Assembly (NCBI GenBank): GCA_963666365.2
Contig: CAXXNF010000001.1
Location: 1,376,001 to 1,440,000, forward strand
Origin: Syntrophales bacterium
GTDB lineage: Bacteria > Desulfobacterota > Syntrophia > Syntrophales > UBA2210
Length of the DNA: 64,000 bases
Direction: 5' to 3'
Made by a program: the position numbers and the translations under genes. The notes under the pieces are model-generated. The model saw only the letters and a program-made list of their open reading frames with translations, had not been told where the DNA came from and ran no database searches. The number at the start of each line of letters is the position of its first letter. The first letter of the stretch is position 1. Below, one piece after another: positions 31,066 through 40,623 of the stretch.

Positions 31066-31683
31066 ATGGCGATTACTGTTGATGATCTGAAGAAACTGCC
31101 CACCATGTACAAGATCCTTATCGGGGTAGGCCTGGTGGCGCTCATTCTCTATTTCTACTATTTTTACTTTTTTCAGGCGGCCCTGGAAAAGAAGACCGCC
31201 CTTGCCGAAACACTGGAAAATCTGGAACAGCAGATAGCCCAGCGGCGTGTGGTGGCCATGAAGATCGAGCAGCACAAGAAGGAGATCGCGGAACTGAACA
31301 AGAACCTTCAGATCGCTCTGGCAAAACTTCCCGAAAAAAAGGAAATTCCCGCTCTCCTCAGGTCCGTGTCGGAAGCGGGACGTACGGAAGGCCTCTCTTT
31401 TCTGCTCTTTCAACCCCTCGAACCCGCCTCGAAAGAATTTTATGCCGAGCTTCCCATAAAGATTCACCTGCAGGGAGGATATCATGACCTGACGGCCTTT
31501 TTCCTGAGAGTGGCCGAACTGCCCCGTATTATCAATGTTGCTGATGCAATAATTCGAAGGGTTGTGACCGAAGAAGAGACAGAGGGGAACCCTCTGAAAA
31601 CAGAGTGTCTGATGAAAACCTACATGTTTTTGGAAAAAGCCGATGAAAAACCGACACAAGCGCCCGCACCGCAGGCCAAATAG
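31066..31683 (+). CDS. pilO: Type IV pilus protein PilO
   Basis: TM, coiled coil, LPEKKEIPALL, FYAELPI, GGYHDL..F. Confidence 0.92.
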   Translation: MAITVDDLKKLPTMYKILIGVGLVALILYFYYFYFFQAALEKKTALAETLENLEQQIAQRRVVAMKIEQHKKEIAELNKNLQIALAKLPEKKEIPALLRSVSEAGRTEGLSFLLFQPLEPASKEFYAELPIKIHLQGGYHDLTAFFLRVAELPRIINVADAIIRRVVTEEETEGNPLKTECLMKTYMFLEKADEKPTQAPAPQAK

Positions 31684-32188
31684 CCTTTTCTTGTGCCCCC
31701 TGCTGCTGGCAGGCGCATTGACGATGATGCCGCCGGCAATGTCGGCCTCTGCGCAGGCCGAAGCGGAGGCGGTCGCCAAAGCGGAAAAGCCGGCGATATC
31801 CGATGTCCGGGGGTTTGATCCCTTCCTCCCTTTCATCAAAATCGTGACGGAAAAGCCGAAAACGGCCGCGAAAAAGGATAAACTTTCTGCAGACGCTGCC
31901 AAAGAACCGGTCTTTGTGTCCCCCCTCGAGCGGTACGATGTCAAGGAGTTCCGTCTTCGAGGGATTGCGGGCAGCGGTTCCCGGAACATTGCTGTCGTCG
32001 AGGATCGAAGCGGCAAAATATACACTCTCTATCAAGGATCGGCGATCGGCCTCCTGGGGGGACGGGTGACGGCCATTCTTTCCGACAGGGTTATTGTCGA
32101 GCAGATGGAGATGGACGCCTACGGCAAGGAATTAGTGAAACAGATAACGCTCAGGCTGGAAAGAGACGAAGATAGAGGTACATTATGA
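31643..32188 (+). CDS. pilP: Type IV pilus protein PilP
   Basis: DPFLP, PLERYD, L.GI, G..IG..GGRV..I; start uncertain. Confidence 0.85.
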   Translation: MKNRHKRPHRRPNSLFLCPLLLAGALTMMPPAMSASAQAEAEAVAKAEKPAISDVRGFDPFLPFIKIVTEKPKTAAKKDKLSADAAKEPVFVSPLERYDVKEFRLRGIAGSGSRNIAVVEDRSGKIYTLYQGSAIGLLGGRVTAILSDRVIVEQMEMDAYGKELVKQITLRLERDEDRGTL

Positions 32189-33894
32189 AAGTGCGCTACG
32201 GAACATATCTGATCATGGCGGCGGCAGCCGCCGCACTTTGTATCATCGCGGGATGCACGGCGGGCAAGGGAGCCGTCAAGGCGTCACCGGTCTTGCAGGG
32301 AACCGCGACCGAGGAAAAGGCGGCAGCGCAGCCGGCCGATGTACGCACTCCATCAATCACCGCCGTGACCGCTATTGACTTCCAGCAGTTGACGGGAAAG
32401 GAACGCATGGCCGTGAGATATTCAGGGGCGCCGCCGGAGGTGGTACTTTCCCGCAGGGGGGAGAATGTCCTGATTCTACGGATGAAAAATGCGGTGCAGG
32501 GCCCTGGAATAAAGGGGAGGTACGAGGCGCCCGACCTTTCAAATCTTAAGCGTGTGGTGCTTGGGTCTCCTCATGGTGACGACAGGGGCGGGGTCGATAT
32601 GGAGATCACCCTCGGCGCTATGGCGCCCTACCGCGTGTACAAGGAAGACGGGAGCATTATTGCCGACTTTGACGTGACGGCACTTACCGATTCCCTGAAA
32701 GCTCCGCCGGCCGCCGCAGAAACGGTAAAAAGCGAAAGGGCGCCGCAATCCGGCAGTGTTCTGGAGTCCTATCTTGAGCGGGAAGCCGAATCGCTCCTGA
32801 AAGAAAAGACCACGCGCTACCAGGGCGAAAAGATGTCCATCAGCTGCCAGGACGCCCCCATCGAAAGCGTGTTCAGACTCATCTCGGAGATCAGCGGGTT
32901 CAATATCGTAGCGGGCGCCGGCGTCAACCAGCGGGTGACGCTCAATCTCAACAAGGTTCCCTGGGACCAGGTGCTTGACACGCTCCTGGAGGTGCAGGCC
33001 CTGGGCATGAAAAAGACGGACAAGGTCATTACCGTGCTGCCCCTGGAAAAATTAAAAGAGGCGAAAGAGGAAGAACTGAAGAAAAATGTGGCGGAAGGGC
33101 GGATCCGCCAGATTTCCATAGAAGCCAAAATTGTGGAAGTATCGACCTCCTTTTCGCGTCAATTGGGCGTCAAGTGGGGTTACGGCTATCTGGACACCTG
33201 GAAAGGGCGTGACATCGGGGTTATGATCGGCAATTCGGCTGCGTCGAGCTTTACGGACGTGGCCACGCTCCCCAGCGGCATCGGCATCAGCGGCAGCAAC
33301 ATCGCCGTCAATTTCCCTTCGGCCGCCGCCGCCGCCGGTCCCGCACTGGGCATTATTGCGGGATCGAGCAAATATATTCTCGACGCAAAGCTCGAGGCCC
33401 TGGAGATCAACGGCACGGGTAAAATCATCTCTTCGCCCAAGGTGACCACTGTCGATAATGTAAAGGCGACCATCGGCCAGGGAGAGGAAATCCCCTATGT
33501 GAGCAGGGATGATGACGGCAATCCGGAAGTGGAAATGAAAGATGCCAAACTCGAATTGGTGGTGACGCCCAAGATTACCCCGGAGGGGAAAATTTCCATG
33601 GCCATTCTGGCTTCGAACAAGTATGCCGATTGGGGTAAGACCAATGCAAACAACGAAAATCCGCCTCTCGTCGCCAGCAATGTCGAATCCACGGTGATTG
33701 TCAGCGATGGAGACACCATCGTGATCGGCGGCATATATAAAAGCAGTGAGATCGACGGCGAAAGCGGGGTGCCCTGGGTGTCGAAAATCCCGATCCTGGG
33801 CTGGCTGTTCAAGGAACAGTCAATCGTCAAGGAACAGAGAGAGCTGCTCATTTTCATCACCCCCAAGGTGATCGGTTCCATGACACAGGGCTGA
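32185..33894 (+). CDS. pilQ: Type IV pilus secretin PilQ (lipoprotein signal, short periplasmic part)
   Basis: IIAGC lipobox; STN/N0 domain (VPWDQVLD); QISIEAKIVEV; VPWVSKIPILGWLF; ELLIFITPKV. Confidence 0.9.
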   Translation: MKVRYGTYLIMAAAAAALCIIAGCTAGKGAVKASPVLQGTATEEKAAAQPADVRTPSITAVTAIDFQQLTGKERMAVRYSGAPPEVVLSRRGENVLILRMKNAVQGPGIKGRYEAPDLSNLKRVVLGSPHGDDRGGVDMEITLGAMAPYRVYKEDGSIIADFDVTALTDSLKAPPAAAETVKSERAPQSGSVLESYLEREAESLLKEKTTRYQGEKMSISCQDAPIESVFRLISEISGFNIVAGAGVNQRVTLNLNKVPWDQVLDTLLEVQALGMKKTDKVITVLPLEKLKEAKEEELKKNVAEGRIRQISIEAKIVEVSTSFSRQLGVKWGYGYLDTWKGRDIGVMIGNSAASSFTDVATLPSGIGISGSNIAVNFPSAAAAAGPALGIIAGSSKYILDAKLEALEINGTGKIISSPKVTTVDNVKATIGQGEEIPYVSRDDDGNPEVEMKDAKLELVVTPKITPEGKISMAILASNKYADWGKTNANNENPPLVASNVESTVIVSDGDTIVIGGIYKSSEIDGESGVPWVSKIPILGWLFKEQSIVKEQRELLIFITPKVIGSMTQG

Positions 33895-34051
33895 TCGATT
33901 AAAAAGGCAGGTTTCCATCCCGTGAGGGAGTAGGAGGAAGGACTTCCTTTCCGGGACCAGGAGTGACGAGAGATACACCGCACTATCGCGAAGGATGCAT
34001 AGAACAAGAAATACGTCCCGCTGTGACACATAAAAGCTGAAGGAGTTTTCG

Positions 34052-37000
34052 ATGAAACAGTCCCGTAGAAAAAAAGGTTTCATTTTCGCTGTTTTGATCC
34101 TTGCCCTATCTTTTCTTATTTCCTGTGGAGGCGGGGGAGGCGATGGCGGAGCAGCGCCCGCCCCTGTGAAGGCGCCTCTTTCGGGAATATTCAAGAATAG
34201 CCCTGTCCATGGCGCCTTCTACGAAACACTGACACTGACGGGACAAACAAGTGATGCGGGCGCCTTTTCCTACGGAGAGGGAGAGACGGTCACCTTCTAC
34301 GTCGGGAAGATGGGCGGTCTGAAACTGGGAAGCGCCTCGGGCGCCGATGTGTTGACTCCCGTTGACCTTGTGCCGGGTGCCGCCAACGTGCTTTCTCCCC
34401 GTGTGACCAACATTTCCCGGTTACTGCAGACCCTTGACGAGGATGGTGACCTCAGCAACGGTATTAAAATAAATACTGCCTGCAATACCCATATCGCTGC
34501 GTTCATCGCGTCCAATTCTATTGATTTGAGTGATACGGTGGACTTTGAAGCCAAGATGACGGGGCTTCTTGTCACCCTCAATGCCGATCCTGCAGTGTTC
34601 ACGGCGGCGACGCCTCGGACGCTTAAAACCTCCGCTGAAGCGCGGTTGCAACTGGAAACGTCGATGAAGGGGCCTGTTGGTGAAATTCAGGTGACCACGG
34701 GCGCCGAAAGTATCGTTGCCGACGGAAGTAATGCGGTTGCGGTTCAGGCCGCGGTGGCGAATGTGGAGGGAGATGCGCTGATCGGCGTGCCCGTGACGTT
34801 CAGCGCCACCTACGGCGCGTTATCATCATTGACGGCGTATACAAATGCCTATGGCGTCGCTGAGGTCATGCTCACGTCGGGGACGACAACCGGTTCGGCG
34901 GTGGTGACGGCATCGTCGGGTGGTTTTACGGACACCGTTGCCGTGCAGTTTACCTCGGGGGCGCCGGCGGGCGTGACCGTGACGGCGACGCCGTCCACAG
35001 TGAACCCCGGGGGCGCGTCGTCATTGACGGCGCGGGTGGTTGACGGGAACGGGAACGCCGTGGTGGGCGAGACAGTGACCGTTGACATCACGACGAACGC
35101 GAGCGGCGGTTCATTGTCGGCGATCAGCGGGACGACGAACATAAACGGCGACGTGACCGTGACCTACACCGCGGGGAGCGGCACGGGGAACGACGTGATC
35201 CGTTTCCGTGCGGCGAGCAACAACACGGCGGGGACCGTGACGGTGACGGTAGACGCATCGGCGCAGGTGGTGGGTTCTCTTGCCCTGACCACAGGCGCGG
35301 CGAGCATCATCGCGAACGGGACCAGCACCGTGGCGGTGCGGGCGCTGATCGCGGACACAAGTGGATCCGCCCTGAGCGGTGTGACGGTGAACTTCGGCAC
35401 GACGCTGGGGACCCTTTCGGCGGCATCGGCGGCGACGAACGCCTTGGGAGTTGCGGAAGTGACCCTGACGTCGGGCACGGCGGCGGGTACGGCGTCGATT
35501 ACGGCATCAGCAAGCGGCTTTACCGACACCGTTACCGTGCAGTTTACCTCGGGCGCCCCGGCGACAGTGACCGTGACGGCGACGCCGGCGACGGTGAACC
35601 CGGGCGGCGCGTCATCATTGACGGCCCGGGTGATCGACGGGAACGGGAACGCCGTGGTGGGCGAGACAGTGACCGTTGACATCACGACGAACGCGAGCGG
35701 CGGTTCATTGTCGGCGATAAGCGGGACGACGAACGTGAACGGCGACGTGACCGTGACCTACACGGCGGGGAGCGGCACAGGGAACGACATCATCCGTTTC
35801 CGTGCGGCGAGCAACAACACGGCGGGGACGGCGACGGTAACGGTTGACGCGTCGGCGCAGGTGGTGGGTTCTCTTGCCCTGACCACAGGCGCGGCGAGCA
35901 TCATCGCGAACGGGACCAGCACCGTGGCGGTGCGGGCGCTGATCGCGGACACAAGCGGATCCGCCCTGAGCGGCGTGACGGTGAACTTCGGCACGACGCT
36001 GGGGACCCTTTCGGCGGCATCGGCGGTGACGAACGCCTCGGGGATCGCGGAAGTGACCCTGACGTCGGGGACGGCGGCAGGGACGGCGGTGATAACGGCG
36101 TCAGCAAGCGGTTTTACGGACACCATTACCGTGCAGTGTACCTCGGGGGCGCCGGCGGGTGTGACCGTGACGGCGACGCCGTCGACGGTGAACCCGGGGG
36201 GCGCGTCATCATTGACGGCCCGGGTGGTTGACGGGAACGGGAATGCCGTGGTGGGCGAGACGGTGACCGTGGACATCACGATGAACGCGAGCGGTGGCGC
36301 CCTGTCGGCGATAAGCGGGACGACGAACGTGAACGGCGACGTGACCGTGACCTACACGGCGGGGAGCGGCACGGGGAACGACATCATCCGTTTCCGTGCG
36401 GCGAGTAACAACACGGCGGGTACGGCGACGGTGACGGTAGACGCGTCGGCGCAGGTGGTGGGTTCTCTTTCCCTTTCGACGGGCGCGGCGAGCATCATCG
36501 CGAACGGGACCAGCACCGCGGCGGTGCGTGCGGAAGTAAGGGATTCGGAAGGCGTTGCGCTGAGCGGCGTGACGGTGAACTTCGGCACGACGCTGGGGAC
36601 CCTTTCGGCGGCATCGGCGGCGACGAACGCCTCGGGGATCGCGGAAGTGACCCTGACGTCGGGGGCTGCGGCGGGGACGGCGGTGATAACGGCGTCGGCA
36701 AGCGGTTTTACGGACACCATTACCGTGCAGTTCACCTCGGGGGTGCCGGCGGGTGTGACCGTGACGGCGACGCCGTCGACGGTGAACCCGGGGGGCGCGT
36801 CGTCATTGACGGCCCGCGTGGTTGACGGGAACGGGAACGCCGTCGTGGGCGAGACGGTGACCGTGGATATCACGACGAACGCGAGCGGTGGCGCCCTGTC
36901 GGCGATAAGCGGGACGACGAACGTGAACGGCGACGTGACCGTGACCTACACGGCAGGGAGCGGTACGGGGAACGACGTGATCCGTTTACGCGCGGCGAGC

Positions 37001-39937
37001 AACAACACGGCGGGGACCGTGACGGTGACGGTAGACGCCTCGGCGCAGGTGGTGGGTTCTCTTTCACTGAGCACGGGCGCGGCAAGCATCATAGCGAATG
37101 GGACAAGCACCGTGGCGGTGCGGGCGCTGATCGAGGACACAAGCGGATCCGTCCTGAGCGGCGTGACGGTGAACTTCGGCACGACGCTGGGGACCCTTTC
37201 GGCGGCATCGGCGGCGACGACCGCCTCGGGAATCGCCGAAGTGACCCTGACGTCGGGGACTGCGGCGGGGACGGCGGTGATAACGGCGTCGGCAAGCGGT
37301 TTTACGGACACCGTGGACGTGCAGTGTACCTCGGGGGCGCCGGCGGGCGTGACCGTGACGGCGACGCCGTCGACGGTGAACCCGGGGGGCGCGTCGTCAT
37401 TGACGGCCCGCGTGGTTGACGGGAACGGGAACGCCGTGGTAGGCGAGTCGGTGACCGTGGACATCACGACGAACGCGAGCGGTGGCGCCCTGTCGGCGAT
37501 AAGCGGGACGACGAACATAAACGGCGACGTGACCGTGACCTATACGGCGGGGAGCGGCACAGGGAACGACGTGATCCGGTTCCGTGCGGTGAGCAACAAC
37601 ACCGTGGGGACCGTGACGGTAACGGTTGACGCGGGAGCGCAGGCAGCTCTCATTAAGCTCAGTGCATTGCCTCTTGCTGTTCGATCGGACAATTCGAACA
37701 GCGCCACGATTACGGCAACGGTTCTGGACAGTAAAAATGCCGTTGTGGAGGGGCTGACCGTGCAATTCGAGGCGACCGGCGGGCAGATAAGCGCCTCGTC
37801 GGCCGTGACCGATGCGCAGGGTGAAGCCACCGTCACCTTTTCCGCCGGAACGGTGGATCCGAGCAATCAGGTAGCGACCGTCACCGGCAGGGTGTCGACG
37901 CTGTCATCCATGGTGCCGGTCCGGATTGAGGGTTCCACCGTGGAGATGGAACATACGACACTGACTATCTACGATGACGGCAGTACGAAGGATACGCTTA
38001 AGGTGACGGCGCGCGATGCCGCTTCAAATCCGGTCTATGGCGTTTCCGTGACCCTTACCGTGATGCCGGGCACAGGGAACGCCACGGTGACGCCCGCGTC
38101 AGGGACGACGGACGTATATGGAGAATTTACGGCGACCGTCACGGGCACACTGGCGGGCGATGTGACAGTGGAGGCGACGGCACTGGGGGATACCGCCGAG
38201 AAGACCTATGACGTCATCGCCTCCGGCACGCCGGTGTTTGAGATTACCTCGCCACCACCGGAAGATCCTGATGATCCGAAGCCCTACGCCATGAAAACCA
38301 GCGATCCCCCTCTTTCCGTGACGGCCCAGGCGCCGGGACTTGCAACGGTCCGTTTTGCCACGTCGCTGGGAATTCTCACCAACACGGCGCTTGCGGCGGG
38401 TAACGTGGTTGACGAGCCGGTAGTGGGCGGTATCGCAACGGTGACCTTTACCCCGACCGAAGCGGGGCTTGCCCTGATACAGGCCTTCGATCCGGATGAC
38501 CCTGATACGAGGGACACACGACGCATCGCCATAACGGCGCCGGTCGGAGCTGCCGCCTTTATAAACCTGCAGCCGAGCGCCACCGTGGTGGCCCGGAATC
38601 TCACCGAAATGACCAATACCGTCACGATCAAGGCGACGGTCATGACCACGGAAGCCACGGGCTACCAGGTGGTAAAAGACGCCCCGGTGTTCTTTTCCCT
38701 GGAAAATCCAGCCGGCGGCGGCGAGGGGGTTTCCCCCGTCGTGGTCTATACCGATGACAAGGGTGAGGCGAAAACCACCTTCACCTCGGGGAAGCTGAGT
38801 TCGATGACGCCGGTGGTGGTGGCGGCCCGTGTCCTGGATGAAGGATCGACGGGACCGCTGGCGAACGTGATTTCGTTCAATGACAACAATCCGGCGGCAG
38901 ATACCATTACCCGCGCCGACGGCGGATCATTCGTGGGCGATGGCTTCGAAGCAGGTGAGAAGATCCGGGTGAAGGGTTCGCAGAGCAATGACGGGACGTA
39001 TATAATCGAGACCGTCGCCGTGAATACCTTGACCCTCAAGGATGGCGAGTCGCTGGCGACGGAAGCCGCCGCGGCCGGGGTGACGGTGACGATTCTTGCC
39101 GTGGCCGACAGTACGGAAATTACCATCGGGGGGACGGCCGGAGCGGTGGTGATCGGTGTCGGGACGGTGATTGAGGCGCCCGATCCCGCCTATTATAAAC
39201 TTCCCATGGCGGTCCAGGTGGCAGATCACAACGGGCAGGGGATAAAAGATGCGGTGGTCACACTGAATCTGTGGCCGGCATTTTATCGCACCGGCGGCTG
39301 GTACGATGAAGATCCGAAAGGGGATATTTCCTATGCATCCTACGTGTCGGGCACCTTTGCCAACGAGGATGTCAATGAAAATCTCATTATGGAGCCGGGG
39401 GAGGATGTCAATGGCGACGATTTCCTGACGCCGCCCAACAGTGCCGGGGGGAGTGTGCCCCCCACTGTTACCACGGATGAAAACGGCGTGGTCACCTTTG
39501 AACTGGTCTATCTGAAAACCAACGGCAGGTGGATTACCGATCGCATTACCGCGAGCACCGTGGTCCTGGGGACGCAGGTCTCCTCTCAACGGTATGTGCC
39601 GCTTCAGATCCTCGAATCGGATGTGACCTCGGGCGATCTGCCGGCCACCTCGCCCAATGCGCCCTACCCGCTGCAGTTCAAGATCCCCGTAGGGGGAACT
39701 ACGGTGCCCCATCGATTCCCCGTGTTCAGAGGGACGATCGATGCGACCCATGATGATACCTATACGGCATCGGAGGGGTCCACGGTGGGCAACGTCTACA
39801 CCTTTACCGATCCGGGCGGGCATGCAAGCGGGGACGTGATCGAGGATACTGTGACCATTTCAGGATGGGTGCTTGACGATGAAGGAAATTTAGGCAAGGT
39901 GTACCGCTTCGAGCCGGTATTTATCGTCATAGAGTAG
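34052..39937 (+). CDS. Giant surface lipoprotein with tandem bacterial Ig-like (Big_1/invasin-type) domains
   Basis: LISC-GGGGG lipobox; Thr/Val/Ala/Gly-rich ~99-aa repeats with V.F.T..G.L and T...G.A.VTL patterns. Confidence 0.88.
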   Translation: MKQSRRKKGFIFAVLILALSFLISCGGGGGDGGAAPAPVKAPLSGIFKNSPVHGAFYETLTLTGQTSDAGAFSYGEGETVTFYVGKMGGLKLGSASGADVLTPVDLVPGAANVLSPRVTNISRLLQTLDEDGDLSNGIKINTACNTHIAAFIASNSIDLSDTVDFEAKMTGLLVTLNADPAVFTAATPRTLKTSAEARLQLETSMKGPVGEIQVTTGAESIVADGSNAVAVQAAVANVEGDALIGVPVTFSATYGALSSLTAYTNAYGVAEVMLTSGTTTGSAVVTASSGGFTDTVAVQFTSGAPAGVTVTATPSTVNPGGASSLTARVVDGNGNAVVGETVTVDITTNASGGSLSAISGTTNINGDVTVTYTAGSGTGNDVIRFRAASNNTAGTVTVTVDASAQVVGSLALTTGAASIIANGTSTVAVRALIADTSGSALSGVTVNFGTTLGTLSAASAATNALGVAEVTLTSGTAAGTASITASASGFTDTVTVQFTSGAPATVTVTATPATVNPGGASSLTARVIDGNGNAVVGETVTVDITTNASGGSLSAISGTTNVNGDVTVTYTAGSGTGNDIIRFRAASNNTAGTATVTVDASAQVVGSLALTTGAASIIANGTSTVAVRALIADTSGSALSGVTVNFGTTLGTLSAASAVTNASGIAEVTLTSGTAAGTAVITASASGFTDTITVQCTSGAPAGVTVTATPSTVNPGGASSLTARVVDGNGNAVVGETVTVDITMNASGGALSAISGTTNVNGDVTVTYTAGSGTGNDIIRFRAASNNTAGTATVTVDASAQVVGSLSLSTGAASIIANGTSTAAVRAEVRDSEGVALSGVTVNFGTTLGTLSAASAATNASGIAEVTLTSGAAAGTAVITASASGFTDTITVQFTSGVPAGVTVTATPSTVNPGGASSLTARVVDGNGNAVVGETVTVDITTNASGGALSAISGTTNVNGDVTVTYTAGSGTGNDVIRLRAASNNTAGTVTVTVDASAQVVGSLSLSTGAASIIANGTSTVAVRALIEDTSGSVLSGVTVNFGTTLGTLSAASAATTASGIAEVTLTSGTAAGTAVITASASGFTDTVDVQCTSGAPAGVTVTATPSTVNPGGASSLTARVVDGNGNAVVGESVTVDITTNASGGALSAISGTTNINGDVTVTYTAGSGTGNDVIRFRAVSNNTVGTVTVTVDAGAQAALIKLSALPLAVRSDNSNSATITATVLDSKNAVVEGLTVQFEATGGQISASSAVTDAQGEATVTFSAGTVDPSNQVATVTGRVSTLSSMVPVRIEGSTVEMEHTTLTIYDDGSTKDTLKVTARDAASNPVYGVSVTLTVMPGTGNATVTPASGTTDVYGEFTATVTGTLAGDVTVEATALGDTAEKTYDVIASGTPVFEITSPPPEDPDDPKPYAMKTSDPPLSVTAQAPGLATVRFATSLGILTNTALAAGNVVDEPVVGGIATVTFTPTEAGLALIQAFDPDDPDTRDTRRIAITAPVGAAAFINLQPSATVVARNLTEMTNTVTIKATVMTTEATGYQVVKDAPVFFSLENPAGGGEGVSPVVVYTDDKGEAKTTFTSGKLSSMTPVVVAARVLDEGSTGPLANVISFNDNNPAADTITRADGGSFVGDGFEAGEKIRVKGSQSNDGTYIIETVAVNTLTLKDGESLATEAAAAGVTVTILAVADSTEITIGGTAGAVVIGVGTVIEAPDPAYYKLPMAVQVADHNGQGIKDAVVTLNLWPAFYRTGGWYDEDPKGDISYASYVSGTFANEDVNENLIMEPGEDVNGDDFLTPPNSAGGSVPPTVTTDENGVVTFELVYLKTNGRWITDRITASTVVLGTQVSSQRYVPLQILESDVTSGDLPATSPNAPYPLQFKIPVGGTTVPHRFPVFRGTIDATHDDTYTASEGSTVGNVYTFTDPGGHASGDVIEDTVTISGWVLDDEGNLGKVYRFEPVFIVIE
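34670..37640 (+). repeat. Intragenic tandem repeat, about 5 copies of 594 bp (198 aa, two Ig domains)
   Basis: Equivalent codons at 34961, 35555, 36149, 36743, 37337; first half-unit is more diverged. Confidence 0.95.
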
Positions 39938-39955
39938 ACAGGAAGTTTTGCCACA

Positions 39956-40010
39956 CCGCAGGGGCTGAGGGTGCTGTGCCGGGACAACGGCACAGGCCTT
40001 CAGCCTTCGG
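39956..40010 (+). terminator. Long hairpin after the adhesin stop codon (terminator or mRNA stabiliser)
   Basis: GGGGCTGAGGG/CCTTCAGCCTT plus CTGTGCCG/CGGCACAG; weak U tail. Confidence 0.5.
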
Positions 40011-40043
40011 TCTTGTGCTTTGATGCCTCCACAGGGTGCCGCA

Positions 40044-40568
40044 ATGAAAAAATTCACTGTGACGGTTCTCCTTCTTCTTGCGTGTCTGGTCGCTTCCACC
40101 TGTGCCGACGCTGCCTGGCGTGTGGTGCTGAAAAACGGCGGAGAATTCACCACGCTCCGCTACTGGAAGGAGGGGGGAGAGGTCAGATGGTACATCCGGG
40201 GTATGGTGGTGGGGGTAAAACACTATGCGGTCCGGAAGATCGAGCAGACGCCCTGGGAGTACGTCGCTTTCGAAACGCCCCGACCGAAAAAAGAAGACGT
40301 GCCTGCAGTGGCAAAAGAAACGCCTCCTCCTCCGCAGGGACAGGTCGATATCAAAGCGTACAGAAAAAAGAAGGAACAGCTGGGAGGCGCGCTTGAACTG
40401 GCGATGAGCAGGGTGCATGCGGCAACGAAAAAGGGGGATCATAAAGCGAAGGAGCGGGCGCAGAGGGAAGTGAAAAAGATATCCGCCGAGATTTATGATC
40501 TTACCGATGAAGTAAAAAAGGCCAACAAAGGATCGCTTCCCGAGGATTGGTGGGAGAAAAAGCACTAA
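40044..40568 (+). CDS. Exported protein of unknown function (paralog 1)
   Basis: Signal peptide ending ADA; LKNGG beta domain, Pro linker, helical region, LPEDWW end. Confidence 0.75.
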   Translation: MKKFTVTVLLLLACLVASTCADAAWRVVLKNGGEFTTLRYWKEGGEVRWYIRGMVVGVKHYAVRKIEQTPWEYVAFETPRPKKEDVPAVAKETPPPPQGQVDIKAYRKKKEQLGGALELAMSRVHAATKKGDHKAKERAQREVKKISAEIYDLTDEVKKANKGSLPEDWWEKKH

Positions 40569-40623
40569 TAACAATGACGTTGCGAAACTCACAGTCTCCT
40601 TTGGCGGCAGGGATGCGGGAGCC

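Noticed and set aside
33895..34051. Cyclic-dinucleotide (GEMM) riboswitch before the adhesin
   Set aside because: Conserved GEMM motifs not found by eye; an Rfam scan would settle it
34670..37640. DGR template/variable repeats or shufflon
   Set aside because: In-frame tandem domains with differences not confined to adenines; no reverse transcriptase or recombinase in the window
34849..37866. Repeated minus-strand ORFs (173 aa, 68 aa)
   Set aside because: Antisense shadows of the 594-bp coding repeat
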